Shown in pieces: positions 55,566-64,000 of a stretch of 64,000 nt of DNA. The translations under genes and the position numbers were made by a program. How positions within the stretch are numbered: the first letter of the stretch is position 1; each line of letters starts with the position of its first letter. Location: assembly GCA_005792545.1 (NCBI GenBank), contig SXRM01000386.1:934-64933 (forward strand), written 5' to 3'. This stretch comes from Pseudomonadota bacterium (lineage in GTDB: Bacteria; Myxococcota_A; UBA9042). The notes beneath the pieces are model-generated. The model ran no database searches and was not told the origin of the DNA. It saw only the letters and a program-made list of their open reading frames with translations.

Positions 55566-56300
55566 TTATTGTGCCCGCTCTGGCAATCCGCTGCAAGGGG
55601 GCATTGGTGCGGTTGGCGGGCGGTTTTCCGCTTCACTGTCTGCCACATAGCTCGGAATTGCCGCGATTGCGTCGGTCCATGCGTGGCTCGGCCCGGCGAG
55701 CGCAACGGTCGCGATCGAGCGCGCGTCGCAATCACCCGCGCCGCTGTGCGACACCTGAACCGCCGCCGCAGCGGCCGCGCGCGCGAGGTCCTGATCCAAC
55801 CATGCGCAGCCAGCCGTCCGATCGCCTGGGCGGGCGACGTGGCGCAGCCAGCCGTCAACGTCGTCCATGGCGACCGCTTGCGGTGCCCGGTCTGGCCACC
55901 GTGCCAGATACCAAACGCCTGCCCGCGCACGCACCGCGCACAGCACGCCCTGCTGCGGGCCTGGTTGCGCCGCGTAGGCCATGGCGTGCCAGCAGGGCAC
56001 TGCACAAACGGGAATGCTTTGGGCCCACGCCAGCGCGCGCACCGCCGCCATACCGCTGCGCAGGCCTGTGAAGGATCCTGGCCCGACATCAAGTGCGAAG
56101 CCCGCCACATCGCCAAGGCCGGCGCCGCGTGCGCCCAGCAGTGCCTGCAGTGTGGCCAGCAGATTGCGCGGTCGGCCGCGCTCGCCGGCAATCTCGGCCT
56201 GGCCAGCCAGCGGATCATCCACGGCCGTGCCAAGCCACACGCTCCAGACTGCGGCAGAACTGCTGACGGCGGCGTACAGCCGGCCACGCTGGGAAGACAC
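55566..56300 (-). CDS. tsaB: tRNA threonylcarbamoyladenosine biosynthesis protein TsaB (inactive Kae1/YgjD paralog)
   Basis: GLGDVAGFALDVGPGSFTGLRSGMAAVRALAWAQSIPV is the TsaB/YeaZ signature. Total 244 aa. Confidence 0.8.
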   Translation of the reverse strand: MSSQRGRLYAAVSSSAAVWSVWLGTAVDDPLAGQAEIAGERGRPRNLLATLQALLGARGAGLGDVAGFALDVGPGSFTGLRSGMAAVRALAWAQSIPVCAVPCWHAMAYAAQPGPQQGVLCAVRARAGVWYLARWPDRAPQAVAMDDVDGWLRHVARPGDRTAGCAWLDQDLARAAAAAAVQVSHSGAGDCDARSIATVALAGPSHAWTDAIAAIPSYVADSEAENRPPTAPMPPCSGLPERAQ

Positions 56301-56306
56301 GGCAAC

Positions 56307-58187
56307 CTAACGCGCGAACAACGATTGCAGGTCGTTCTTCATCACGACCAGAAACAGCAGGCCCAGAAACGTCAACCCGGCGTAGGCCGCGATCTGGCGC
56401 ACGCGCAGGCTGGCGGGCTGCCGGCGCACAGCTTCAATCGCCAAAAACAGCAACTGTCCGCCATCGACCAGCGGAATGGGCAGCAGGTTCAGGATGCCGA
56501 GGTTGATCGACAGCGCTGCCAGCAGCTGGACAAGCCGTTCCAGGCCGTGATCGGTCGCCTCTGAGGTCATCTGAGCCATACGGATGATGCCGCCTACTTC
56601 TTTGATCGGCGCGTTGCCTTTGAACAGTTCGGCCGTCGTGGCCAGGATCAGCATCGACCCGCGCGAGAACTGCTCGATGGTCGTGAGCCAGGCGTGCGCG
56701 ACTGGCCGCGGATTGGCGATGAGCGTCGGCCGTACCCGGTCGACCAGGGACACCAGTTCGATGCGCAGACTCGGGCGTTCGTCTGAGCCAACGCGCACGA
56801 CCGGGGTATAGGTGGTTGACCACCGCACCACCGCCGTGTCGTCGAGCGCCGGAGCCTGCGCAAGCCACGCCTGCCAGCGCCCCTGTGGCTTGCGCGCACC
56901 GGACTGCAGTTGTGCCTGCTCGTTCTTGGTCGCCGCGAGTTGCTGCGGATCCAGCGCGCGCAACACCTCTAATTTGCGCGGCAGCAAAGCCGAGCGCAGG
57001 CGTTGGATCCGGTCGGCCGGAGCCCAAGACTTGTACTGCGGGTGCAGCAAGACCGTCTCGTAGGGCAACTTCAACTGATCAAACAGGGATTCAATGCCGG
57101 CAACCGGCGCGCCGTCGATGGCGACCACCTCGTCGCCGCTCTGCAAGCCAGCCTCCACCTCCGCGCTGTCGCGCAGCAGCGGCCCGACCAGGCGGTGGCC
57201 CGGCAGCACTCCCCAGCGGTCGCGCAGCCTTGCGTCGTCGGCATCGCCAGGCGGCAGTGCGCCAGGGGCCACCGTCGCCTTGCGCTCGGCGCCCTTGTGC
57301 AGCCGATCCAGCGCGCTCGCGGCTTGCTCTTTGCTGACCGCGGCTAGCTGCCCCAGCGGGACCCACGCCACCACAACCGGCGCCGATGCGGCGTGCAGGC
57401 TGGCGGCCAACTGCGCCCACGTCTCGACGCGCTGGCCGGATACGTTGGTGATGCGATCGCCAGAGCGCAACCCAGCGCGCCAAAGTGGGCTGTCCGGCTG
57501 GACCGCGACGGTTGCAACTTGCTGCAGCGGCGACATCTGGATGCGGCCCACGCGCTCGACTACGCCGACTTCGGCCGCGCCGGCATGGACCACCGTGCGC
57601 GGGGTGACCTCGATGACCTTTGGCTTACCCTGGCGCTCGATGCGCAGCGTGGTCTTCAGATCGGCGCGGCGGCCGATCTGGCGCACCAGGTCGTCAAAGC
57701 TGCCGACCGCTTCGTCGTCCACCGCCACGATGGTGTCGCCCGGCTGCAGACCTGACAAAGCCGCTGGACCGCCCGCAATCGGCGTCCCGACTGTCGCCGG
57801 CAGCACTTCTGCATCGTAGTAGAGCGACGCGGCGAACAGCGCCACGATCGGCAGAATGAAGTTGAAAATTGGCCCGGCGGCAATGATGAGCATCCGCCGC
57901 CACACGGGCTTGTTGTGAAAGGCGGCTGGGTCGCGCGCCTCGGGTCCGTCCATTGGCCCCGCGGCGTCGTCGCCGAGCATGCGCACAAAACCGCCGAGCG
58001 GCAGTGCCCGGATCGCGTATTCGGTCGGACCGCGCACCCAGCGCAGCAACACCGGGCCAAAACCGACCGAAAACGACAGCACCTGCACGCCCATCCAGCG
58101 CGCGACGATGTAGTGGCCGAACTCGTGGAACACCACCAGCAGCCCGAACACCAGCACGAATGCCAGGGTCTTGACGACGACGTCCAA
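56307..58187 (-). CDS. rseP: RIP zinc metalloprotease RseP (site-2 protease) with extended PDZ region
   Basis: HEFGHYIVAR (HExxH) lies in the first TM segment. Multiple PDZ-like segments and a C-terminal LDG motif region are present. At 626 aa it is ~175 aa longer than the E. coli protein. Confidence 0.88.
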   Translation of the reverse strand: MDVVVKTLAFVLVFGLLVVFHEFGHYIVARWMGVQVLSFSVGFGPVLLRWVRGPTEYAIRALPLGGFVRMLGDDAAGPMDGPEARDPAAFHNKPVWRRMLIIAAGPIFNFILPIVALFAASLYYDAEVLPATVGTPIAGGPAALSGLQPGDTIVAVDDEAVGSFDDLVRQIGRRADLKTTLRIERQGKPKVIEVTPRTVVHAGAAEVGVVERVGRIQMSPLQQVATVAVQPDSPLWRAGLRSGDRITNVSGQRVETWAQLAASLHAASAPVVVAWVPLGQLAAVSKEQAASALDRLHKGAERKATVAPGALPPGDADDARLRDRWGVLPGHRLVGPLLRDSAEVEAGLQSGDEVVAIDGAPVAGIESLFDQLKLPYETVLLHPQYKSWAPADRIQRLRSALLPRKLEVLRALDPQQLAATKNEQAQLQSGARKPQGRWQAWLAQAPALDDTAVVRWSTTYTPVVRVGSDERPSLRIELVSLVDRVRPTLIANPRPVAHAWLTTIEQFSRGSMLILATTAELFKGNAPIKEVGGIIRMAQMTSEATDHGLERLVQLLAALSINLGILNLLPIPLVDGGQLLFLAIEAVRRQPASLRVRQIAAYAGLTFLGLLFLVVMKNDLQSLFAR

Positions 58188-58403
58188 GGCACGATCTCCG
58201 CAGAGCGTCAGCGGCTCCGGTCGCGCAGGGTAGGTCGCAGGCCGGTGCCGGCAACGTCACCCGCCGTCGATTGTCCCCGATGGCTACCGCGGGGGCAAAT
58301 GCGCGGCGGCGGTCGCGTTGGCGATTTGGCACATTGCGCGTTGGAGGGGCGCGGCGTTACCCTTGATGCCCTTGGCGCGGCCTGCGCCGCCGGTTGCTCC
58401 ACT

Positions 58404-60242
58404 ATGCCCAACCCCCGCCCGAATACCCTGTTCGCCAGCGCCTGCAGGGTGGGACTAGTCGCGCTGGTCAGCATGGCCGCGCAAGCGTGCGCCGTTGCCG
58501 ACCCACCCGCACCGTCCGCCACCAGCATCTGGTTTGCCGCCCTGACCGGCGATGGTTGCACTGCGACCAGCAATGGCAAAAAGCAGATCCCGGCCGACGT
58601 CGACACGCTGGTGGCGCAATGGACGGCCAACCTGGCCAATGGCGACAAGAAGACCGGCACCGCGCGCATCGCCGGCGCCAAGGTTGGGGCCGGAGCTTGG
58701 GAAATCAAGGGCATTCCGGTCACTGGCCAGCTCGATCTCGACGTTTTCGGCTGCAGCAAGGACAAGAAGCTGGTCTATGCCGGGCGCAACAACGGCGTGC
58801 AAGTGCAAGAGGGCGCCTCGCCCCAGCCGGTCCGAATCTTCCTGGCCCCAGCTGACAAGCTAGCGTGTACCGGCAGCCCGTTTGGCAGCCCCAAGCTCAG
58901 CGTCGCGCGCGCTCTGGCGGGCACGGCTGCCTTGACCAACGGCGACGCGGTCGTGGTCGGCGGCTTGGGCACCTGGGACAAGCTCGCCGGCAGCGGCAAC
59001 GGCATTGACGCCGTGGACTACTACGACGCGCGCCAGGGCCACTTCGTAGCCGGTCCCAAGCTCAGCTCGGCGCGGATCTTGCCGCACGTCCACGCCATCT
59101 CACAAGACGGCAAGCAGCCGCAGTTGTTGGTGGTTGGCGGGGCGGTGTCGGTCAAGCGCTACTCGGCCAATAGCCCGTTCGTCCTCGACATCCTGGTGCC
59201 GGAAAAGCTCGACGGCGCGGCCCCCTCCATCAAGGCCGAGTTGCTCGACCTGACGGCTGGCAAGGCTTCGACCAAGGGCCTGGACCCGACCAAGGTCGAT
59301 GTCGGCGTCGGTGCCAACATCTTGTCCAGCGCGATTCGTTTGGGCACTGCCATCCTGTACGTAGGCGGCGTGTCAGAGACCGGTCAGATCATGGACAAGG
59401 CGACGCGCCTGGGCAACCCGGAGGAGATCCTGACCGGCGGCACCGGCAAGTCGGACTCGGTCAAGCTCAACGCCGCCCGGGTGCGACCCGCGCTGCTGAG
59501 CTTTGCCGACGATACCGCGGTCATCTGGGGCGGCGCGGTCCTGGCCAACGGCAAGGCCGCGGCGGCAGATGCCATGGGCGAATTGCTCGAGGCCGGCACC
59601 CCGGTCAGCGTCAAGCTCAAGGTCACCGGCCCCGCCTCGCTGGTCGATGACCCCAATCTGAGCACGGTGGCGCCAGTGGTCGTGCCGGTGTCTCGCACGG
59701 CCGATGTGCTGACGTTCGTGGTGGCGGGCGGTGTGCCGATCGAGTCGGCGCAGACCGCGGTGGCCGCACCGAGCTACCTCGTGACCGTGACGCGTTCGAC
59801 CCAAACCGCCGAACTGCGGCCGGTGACTGTCGGTGGCGACAAGCTGCGCGCCGGCCTGTTTGGCATTGGTCTCGGCTTAGACGGCCGTCGGCTGCTGATG
59901 GGCGGCGGGCTGGTCGCGATGAGCGCGACCGCCGACGTGCAGCCGCTGTGCGAGAAGGCCGATCCCAACACCGCCGATTGCGTGATTGACAGCGCCTGGG
60001 TGGTCAAGGTGCCGGCAACCCTGGCACCTGGCGACAGTCCGGTCGCCTTGGAATTGGTGACCAAGCTTGGCCTGGGCGGCTCGCGCTTGGGCGTCGCCGT
60101 GGCCCCTACGCCGCTTGGGGCGCTGCTGGCCGGTGGACTCGCCAGCACCCGCACCGGCGACACGGCCGCGGTCATCGACGATGTCGGCCAGGTTCTGACG
60201 GTGACGCCTCCAGCCGCCGACGCGGCGATTATCTGCAAGTAG
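58404..60242 (+). CDS. Secreted Kelch/beta-propeller repeat protein
   Basis: The ATG at 58404 gives MPNPRPNTLFASACRVGLVALVSMAAQACA, a signal peptide. Recurrent Kelch-like blade motifs: VVVGGLG, LLVVGGAVS, ILYVGGVSETG, AVIWGGAVL, FVVAGGVP, LLMGGGLV. The ORF-track start at 57915 overlaps rseP. Confidence 0.65.
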   Translation: MPNPRPNTLFASACRVGLVALVSMAAQACAVADPPAPSATSIWFAALTGDGCTATSNGKKQIPADVDTLVAQWTANLANGDKKTGTARIAGAKVGAGAWEIKGIPVTGQLDLDVFGCSKDKKLVYAGRNNGVQVQEGASPQPVRIFLAPADKLACTGSPFGSPKLSVARALAGTAALTNGDAVVVGGLGTWDKLAGSGNGIDAVDYYDARQGHFVAGPKLSSARILPHVHAISQDGKQPQLLVVGGAVSVKRYSANSPFVLDILVPEKLDGAAPSIKAELLDLTAGKASTKGLDPTKVDVGVGANILSSAIRLGTAILYVGGVSETGQIMDKATRLGNPEEILTGGTGKSDSVKLNAARVRPALLSFADDTAVIWGGAVLANGKAAAADAMGELLEAGTPVSVKLKVTGPASLVDDPNLSTVAPVVVPVSRTADVLTFVVAGGVPIESAQTAVAAPSYLVTVTRSTQTAELRPVTVGGDKLRAGLFGIGLGLDGRRLLMGGGLVAMSATADVQPLCEKADPNTADCVIDSAWVVKVPATLAPGDSPVALELVTKLGLGGSRLGVAVAPTPLGALLAGGLASTRTGDTAAVIDDVGQVLTVTPPAADAAIICK

Positions 60243-60250
60243 GCTAAAAC

Positions 60251-61189
60251 TTGCGCATTTCCATCGAGCAGACCGCGATCCTGCGCCAGCGTCAAGTCGA
60301 GGCCGGCAAGGCCCGCCCGCGCCTGCCCGAGTGGCTGCGCGCGCCGCTGCCCGGCGGTCCCCGCTACGCCGAGATCAAGACCCGACTGCGCGACCGCGGC
60401 CTGCACACCGTCTGCGAAGAGGCGCAGTGCCCCAACATCGGCCAGTGCTGGAACGAAGGCACCGCGACGCTGATGTTGCTCGGCGACACCTGTACCCGCG
60501 CGTGCCGTTTTTGCGCCATCAAGACCAATCCGCGACCACCACCGCTCGATCCGGACGAGCCGGCCAAAGCCGCCGAGCAGGTCGCGGTGATGGGCCTGGA
60601 TTACGTGGTGTTGACCAGCGTCAACCGCGACGACCTCCCCGACGGCGGCGCCGGGCAGTTTGCCGCCACAGTGCAGGCGATCAAGCACCGCTGTCCGCAG
60701 ACGTTGGTCGAAGTGCTGACGCCGGACTTTCAAGGTCATTTCGACGCGGTCGACACGGTGCTCGACGCTGGCCCCGACGTGTTCGCGCACAACGTCGAGA
60801 CAGTGGCAGCGCTGACGGCGGCCATTCGCGATCGGCGCGCCACCTTCGACCAGAGCTGTCAGGTGCTTGCCCACGCCAAGCGGCATCGGCCGACGGTCGT
60901 GACCAAAAGCTCGGTCATGCTCGGGCTTGGCGAGACTGAGGCCCAGGTTTGGGATGCGTTACGAGCGCTGCGCGCCCATGCGGTCGACGCGGTGACCATC
61001 GGCCAGTACCTGCGGCCGAGCCCCTGGCACGCCGAAGTGGTGCGGTTCGTGCCGCCCGACGAGTTTACTGCGTGGCAGCGCGCAGCGGCCGAGCTCGGCT
61101 TTCGGTACTGCGCTTCGGGGCCGCTGGTCCGCTCGAGCTACCGCGCCGGCGAGCACTACCTGCGCGGGCTGGCGCGGCCGTCAGAATAG
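60251..61189 (+). CDS. lipA: Lipoyl synthase
   Basis: Auxiliary cluster CEEAQCPNIGQC and radical SAM cluster CTRACRFC are present. The start is annotated as TTG at 60251. Confidence 0.92.
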   Translation: MRISIEQTAILRQRQVEAGKARPRLPEWLRAPLPGGPRYAEIKTRLRDRGLHTVCEEAQCPNIGQCWNEGTATLMLLGDTCTRACRFCAIKTNPRPPPLDPDEPAKAAEQVAVMGLDYVVLTSVNRDDLPDGGAGQFAATVQAIKHRCPQTLVEVLTPDFQGHFDAVDTVLDAGPDVFAHNVETVAALTAAIRDRRATFDQSCQVLAHAKRHRPTVVTKSSVMLGLGETEAQVWDALRALRAHAVDAVTIGQYLRPSPWHAEVVRFVPPDEFTAWQRAAAELGFRYCASGPLVRSSYRAGEHYLRGLARPSE

Positions 61190-61888
61190 CGACTGTTGGC
61201 GCGGCACCGGCGGCGGACCTTCGGCCGGCTCGATGCAGCCCACGCCCTCGCGCCCTGCGACGTTGACGTAGTCGGTCACCCGCAGCACCGACAGCGCGCC
61301 CTGCCATGGCACCAGCAACGCTTGCAAGGTCGCCAGGTCGGCTCGGCCGGGCGAGAGCCAGGCACTCCAGGATGGCCGCGGCAGGATCACCGCCATGCGG
61401 TCGTGCAGCACCGCCACGGCCGGGTTGGGCTCGCAGGTCAGCAGGCACGTCGACAGCAGTTGCGCGTCGGGATCGCCCGCAGGCGCCCACTGCTCCCACA
61501 GCGCAGCGACTGCGAACGGTCCACCCTCCGGCAGTGTGAACCAGTGCGGCACCTTGCGCTTGCCGACCGTCTGCCACTCGTAGAAGCCATCCATGAGCAG
61601 CAGGCCCCGCCGCTGCCGAAACGCGCCGCGAAAGCTCGGCTTGTCGGCGACCGATTCGCTGCGGGCGTTGGCAAGCTGGTTGCCGATCGCCGCATCTTTG
61701 GCCCAGCCGGGCACAAGTCCCCAGCGCATCGGCACCGCGCGGCGCGGACCTGGCAAGTTGGGCACGACCAGCACAGACGAAGTCGGCGCGATGTTGTAGC
61801 GCGGACCGAATTCAACCGGGATCTCACCGAGATCGAAGACCTCGGCCAGGTCCGCGGCGGGGGTTTTTTGGGTGAAGCGTCCACACAT
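61181..61888 (-). CDS. yedK: SOS-response associated peptidase (SRAP/YedK/HMCES family, abasic-site processing protein)
   Basis: The internal Met at 61888 gives MCGRFTQ with the catalytic Cys2, then NIAPTS and WGLVPGWAKD motifs. The ORF-track N-extension is junk. Confidence 0.85.
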   Translation of the reverse strand: MCGRFTQKTPAADLAEVFDLGEIPVEFGPRYNIAPTSSVLVVPNLPGPRRAVPMRWGLVPGWAKDAAIGNQLANARSESVADKPSFRGAFRQRRGLLLMDGFYEWQTVGKRKVPHWFTLPEGGPFAVAALWEQWAPAGDPDAQLLSTCLLTCEPNPAVAVLHDRMAVILPRPSWSAWLSPGRADLATLQALLVPWQGALSVLRVTDYVNVAGREGVGCIEPAEGPPPVPRQQSLF

Positions 61889-61896
61889 GCTGTTGG

Positions 61897-62616
61897 TCAA
61901 CCGGCGACCACGCGCGACATCGGGGTCCAGCGGCCATCGATGAGGCGCTGGTGGGGCCCGTAGCGGCCTTTGTAGCGCATGGCGCGGCAGCCGGCCACGT
62001 AAAAACCGAGGTAGAGGTAGCGCAGCCCCCAAGCCTTGCACAACTCGACCTGGGTCATGACCGAAAACACGCCGACCGACAGCCCGGCGACCCGCGGGTC
62101 GTAGCAGCAGTACACGGCGCTCAGGCTTTGCGCGGCGCGATCGACGATGGCAATCCCCACCGGGCGGTCGCCGTCCCAGTACGACAGCTCAAGGGTGTCG
62201 ACGCAGGTCTCGGCCAGAAAGCCGGCATAGTCCGCGGCCGTCGCCGGTCCCTCGCCGTGGTCCAAGCCGCGCAACTGCTTGTGCAGGTTGTACAAGCCCA
62301 CGCGGTCGGCGTCGACGGTCGGCCGACCCAATCGCACGGACAGTCGAGCCTGGCCCAGGCGCAGTTCCCGCCGCTGGGTCTTGTCGGGCGCAAAAGATTC
62401 GATGTCGAGGCGAATCGGCTCGCAGGCCGAGCAATGGGGACACTGCGGGCGGTAGAGCAAGATTCCCTGGCGGCGGTCGCCGGCCGCAAGGCAGCGGTCG
62501 AACTGTTCCGGATCCAACGGCAATAGCGGCAGCCGCATCGGCAGGACCGCCGTGCGATCAGGCAAGTACGGGCAAGGGTGCGCCGTCTTGTCCACGACCA
62601 GGTGCGGCCAGTCCAC
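61897..62616 (-). CDS. bpt: Arginyl/leucyl-tRNA--protein transferase (Bpt/ATE1-like)
   Basis: ATE-family pattern with conserved Cys pairs (CPYLPD, CPHCSAC) and a C-terminal YLYLGFYVAGCRAMRYKGRYGP. Confidence 0.75.
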   Translation of the reverse strand: MDWPHLVVDKTAHPCPYLPDRTAVLPMRLPLLPLDPEQFDRCLAAGDRRQGILLYRPQCPHCSACEPIRLDIESFAPDKTQRRELRLGQARLSVRLGRPTVDADRVGLYNLHKQLRGLDHGEGPATAADYAGFLAETCVDTLELSYWDGDRPVGIAIVDRAAQSLSAVYCCYDPRVAGLSVGVFSVMTQVELCKAWGLRYLYLGFYVAGCRAMRYKGRYGPHQRLIDGRWTPMSRVVAG

Positions 62617-62634
62617 CGGTCGGCTCCGGGTCGC

Positions 62635-63675
62635 CTACTGACCGGCGGCGCGGGTAGAGACGCCAGCGCCCCACCACTTGATGCCCTTGGGCGCGGCGAT
62701 GCCCCCCACCGGCGCGGCCTTGCCCGTCAGCACGTCGAGCGTGTAGGCGTTGCCGTCGGTCGAAAAGCCGTAGACGACCCCGTCCCACCACGCCAAGCCG
62801 AACAGTTGCTTGACGCCGGTGTCGCCGACGATCTTGAGGATCTTGCCGGTCTTGGGGTCGACCTCGGCGAGGCTGTCGTTGCCGCCCGCGGCCTTCTTGA
62901 CCGTGGCAAAGGTGCCGACGCCCTTGACCGAAAACGCGTCGCCCGAGCACAGCCAGCCGTTGCCGAAGCTGCCGAGCTTGGTCAGCTTGGCGGTGCCGCC
63001 CGATGGCGTCACCCGCGTCCAGTCGCCGTCTTGCGACACGCCGATGATGGCGTCGGCGTTGGCGTCGACCGTCCCCTTGGGCACCAGGGTCATGCCGTAG
63101 TACTGCTCGGGCATGGTCGCCAGCCACTTGCACTTGGCGGTGCCGACGTTGCACACGAACAGATCGCTGTGGGTGATGGCGAACAGCTGGCCTGAGCCGT
63201 CCACGGCGATGTCGGTGACGCTGCCGGGCTTCTTGTCGAAGCCCCACTTGCCGACCAGCACAAAGGCCTTTTTGGCCACGTCGAGCTTGTACAGTTCGTC
63301 GGCGCTCTGGGCATACAGTTCACCGACGGGACCGGTGGGATCAGGGACGTCGGTCGCCACGGCATCTTCGGGGTCCAAGAACTCGGACCAGTCGATGTCC
63401 TGCGCAGGTTCAGTGTCGACCGCTGCATCGGTTGCGCTGTCGACAGCGGCATCGGCAAGGGTGTCATCTACCGCGGTCTCGCTGGTCTGCCCGTCCGCCG
63501 TGTCCGCGCCTGCGTCTTTTGGCGTCGCGGTTTCCGCAACAGTGGCATCGGCGGTCACACCACCGTCAAAAACCGAGGTGGTGGCCGGCCCGGGCGTCGC
63601 AGAGCAGGCTTGAACGAGGACGACGGCAAGCCCCGCAGCGACTGCGGCTGCGGGTCTTGGAATGGGCAATCGCAT
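62635..63675 (-). CDS. Lipoprotein with acidic low-complexity N-terminal region and beta-propeller-like C-terminal domain
   Basis: Lipobox AAGLAVVLVQAC. A D/A/T-rich linker is followed by ~230 aa of Gly/Trp-rich beta structure. Confidence 0.6.
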   Translation of the reverse strand: MRLPIPRPAAAVAAGLAVVLVQACSATPGPATTSVFDGGVTADATVAETATPKDAGADTADGQTSETAVDDTLADAAVDSATDAAVDTEPAQDIDWSEFLDPEDAVATDVPDPTGPVGELYAQSADELYKLDVAKKAFVLVGKWGFDKKPGSVTDIAVDGSGQLFAITHSDLFVCNVGTAKCKWLATMPEQYYGMTLVPKGTVDANADAIIGVSQDGDWTRVTPSGGTAKLTKLGSFGNGWLCSGDAFSVKGVGTFATVKKAAGGNDSLAEVDPKTGKILKIVGDTGVKQLFGLAWWDGVVYGFSTDGNAYTLDVLTGKAAPVGGIAAPKGIKWWGAGVSTRAAGQ

Positions 63676-63702
63676 GCGGGGCTCCGTCGGTCGTGGCTGC
63701 GC

Positions 63703-64000
63703 TTACTTGGTCTCGCCGGTGGCCTGGCGGTACAGGTCCATCAGGCGCCACGGGCTGTAGCCGGCGAGCTTGGCCTGCTCGGACTCGGGCGCGTTGCCCT
63801 TGGGAAAGCGCGCCTTGAGGATGGCGGCCACTGCGTTGGCGCGCGACCCGAACTTGGCGACCAAGCGCTTGGTGTTGTGCAGGTGCGACAGCAGCTTGGT
63901 GTTGGACGACTGCTGCAACTTGGCGGCCGAGCCGTCGGGCGCGTCGTACAGGCCGACGATGGCGTCGACCAGTGCTTTCTTGGTACCGAACTGCTTGGCG
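63703..64000 (-). CDS. Partial CDS (C-terminal ~99 aa; N-terminus beyond window end), unknown helical protein
   Basis: The frame stays open from the ORF-track Met at 63918 upstream to the window edge (AKQFGTKKALVDAIVGLYDAPDGSAAKLQQSSNTK...). Function is not recognisable. Confidence 0.35.
   Translation of the reverse strand, partial: AKQFGTKKALVDAIVGLYDAPDGSAAKLQQSSNTKLLSHLHNTKRLVAKFGSRANAVAAILKARFPKGNAPESEQAKLAGYSPWRLMDLYRQATGETK

Noticed and set aside
55344-56564. 406-aa plus-strand ORF spanning tsaB and the rseP 3-prime end
   Set aside because: It overlaps two conserved minus-strand genes. No motifs.
57915-58403. N-terminal 163 aa of the ORF-track call 57915-60242, overlapping rseP
   Set aside because: It overlaps the rseP 5-prime region on the opposite strand. 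The internal Met at 58404 is followed by a proper signal peptide, so the gene is called from 58404.

Overview
This is a very GC-rich window (about 70% GC) that is densely coding on both strands. The gene content suggests a myxobacterial-type deltaproteobacterial chromosome: many lipoproteins, cysteine-rich secreted repeat proteins, a kinase-like protein with a TolA-like low-complexity tail, CotH and transglutaminase-like proteins, and a giant secreted Ig-like/FG-GAP lipoprotein.

The supplied ORF track is dominated by spurious off-frame and antisense ORFs, as expected at this GC content. I called genes from recognisable motifs and from start/stop geometry.

Housekeeping genes recognised: lgt, dut, thiS-thiG-thiE, trxB, apbE, tol-pal ybgF/cpoB, tsaB, rseP, lipA, yedK (SRAP family peptidase) and bpt.

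Accessory content worth a second look:
(1) A minus-strand RiPP-like cassette at about 45.0-55.5 kb. It contains a PqqD-like RRE protein, a 2364-aa Ig-like/FG-GAP lipoprotein, a 54-aa Shine-Dalgarno-preceded low-GC3 peptide ORF, an HprK-related P-loop kinase, a radical SAM/SPASM maturase and an S24/S26-like peptidase. A 25-bp tandem repeat (3.3 copies) lies in its upstream intergenic region.
(2) A lipid-linked sugar modification cluster at 8.2-13.9 kb. It encodes a GMC-type FAD oxidoreductase, an SDR epimerase/reductase, a GT2 polyprenyl-phosphate sugar synthase, a SAM methyltransferase and a convergent GT-C membrane glycosyltransferase. The logic resembles the DprE1/DprE2 and ArnC/ArnT pathways.
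(3) A CotH-kinase-like lipoprotein followed by two tandem TPR/transglutaminase-like paralogs. The second paralog has lost the catalytic Cys and His.
(4) GTGA or ATGA start/stop overlaps at seven gene junctions, indicating translational coupling and correcting several ORF-track starts.

No rRNA, tRNA, CRISPR array or obvious transposase was seen.
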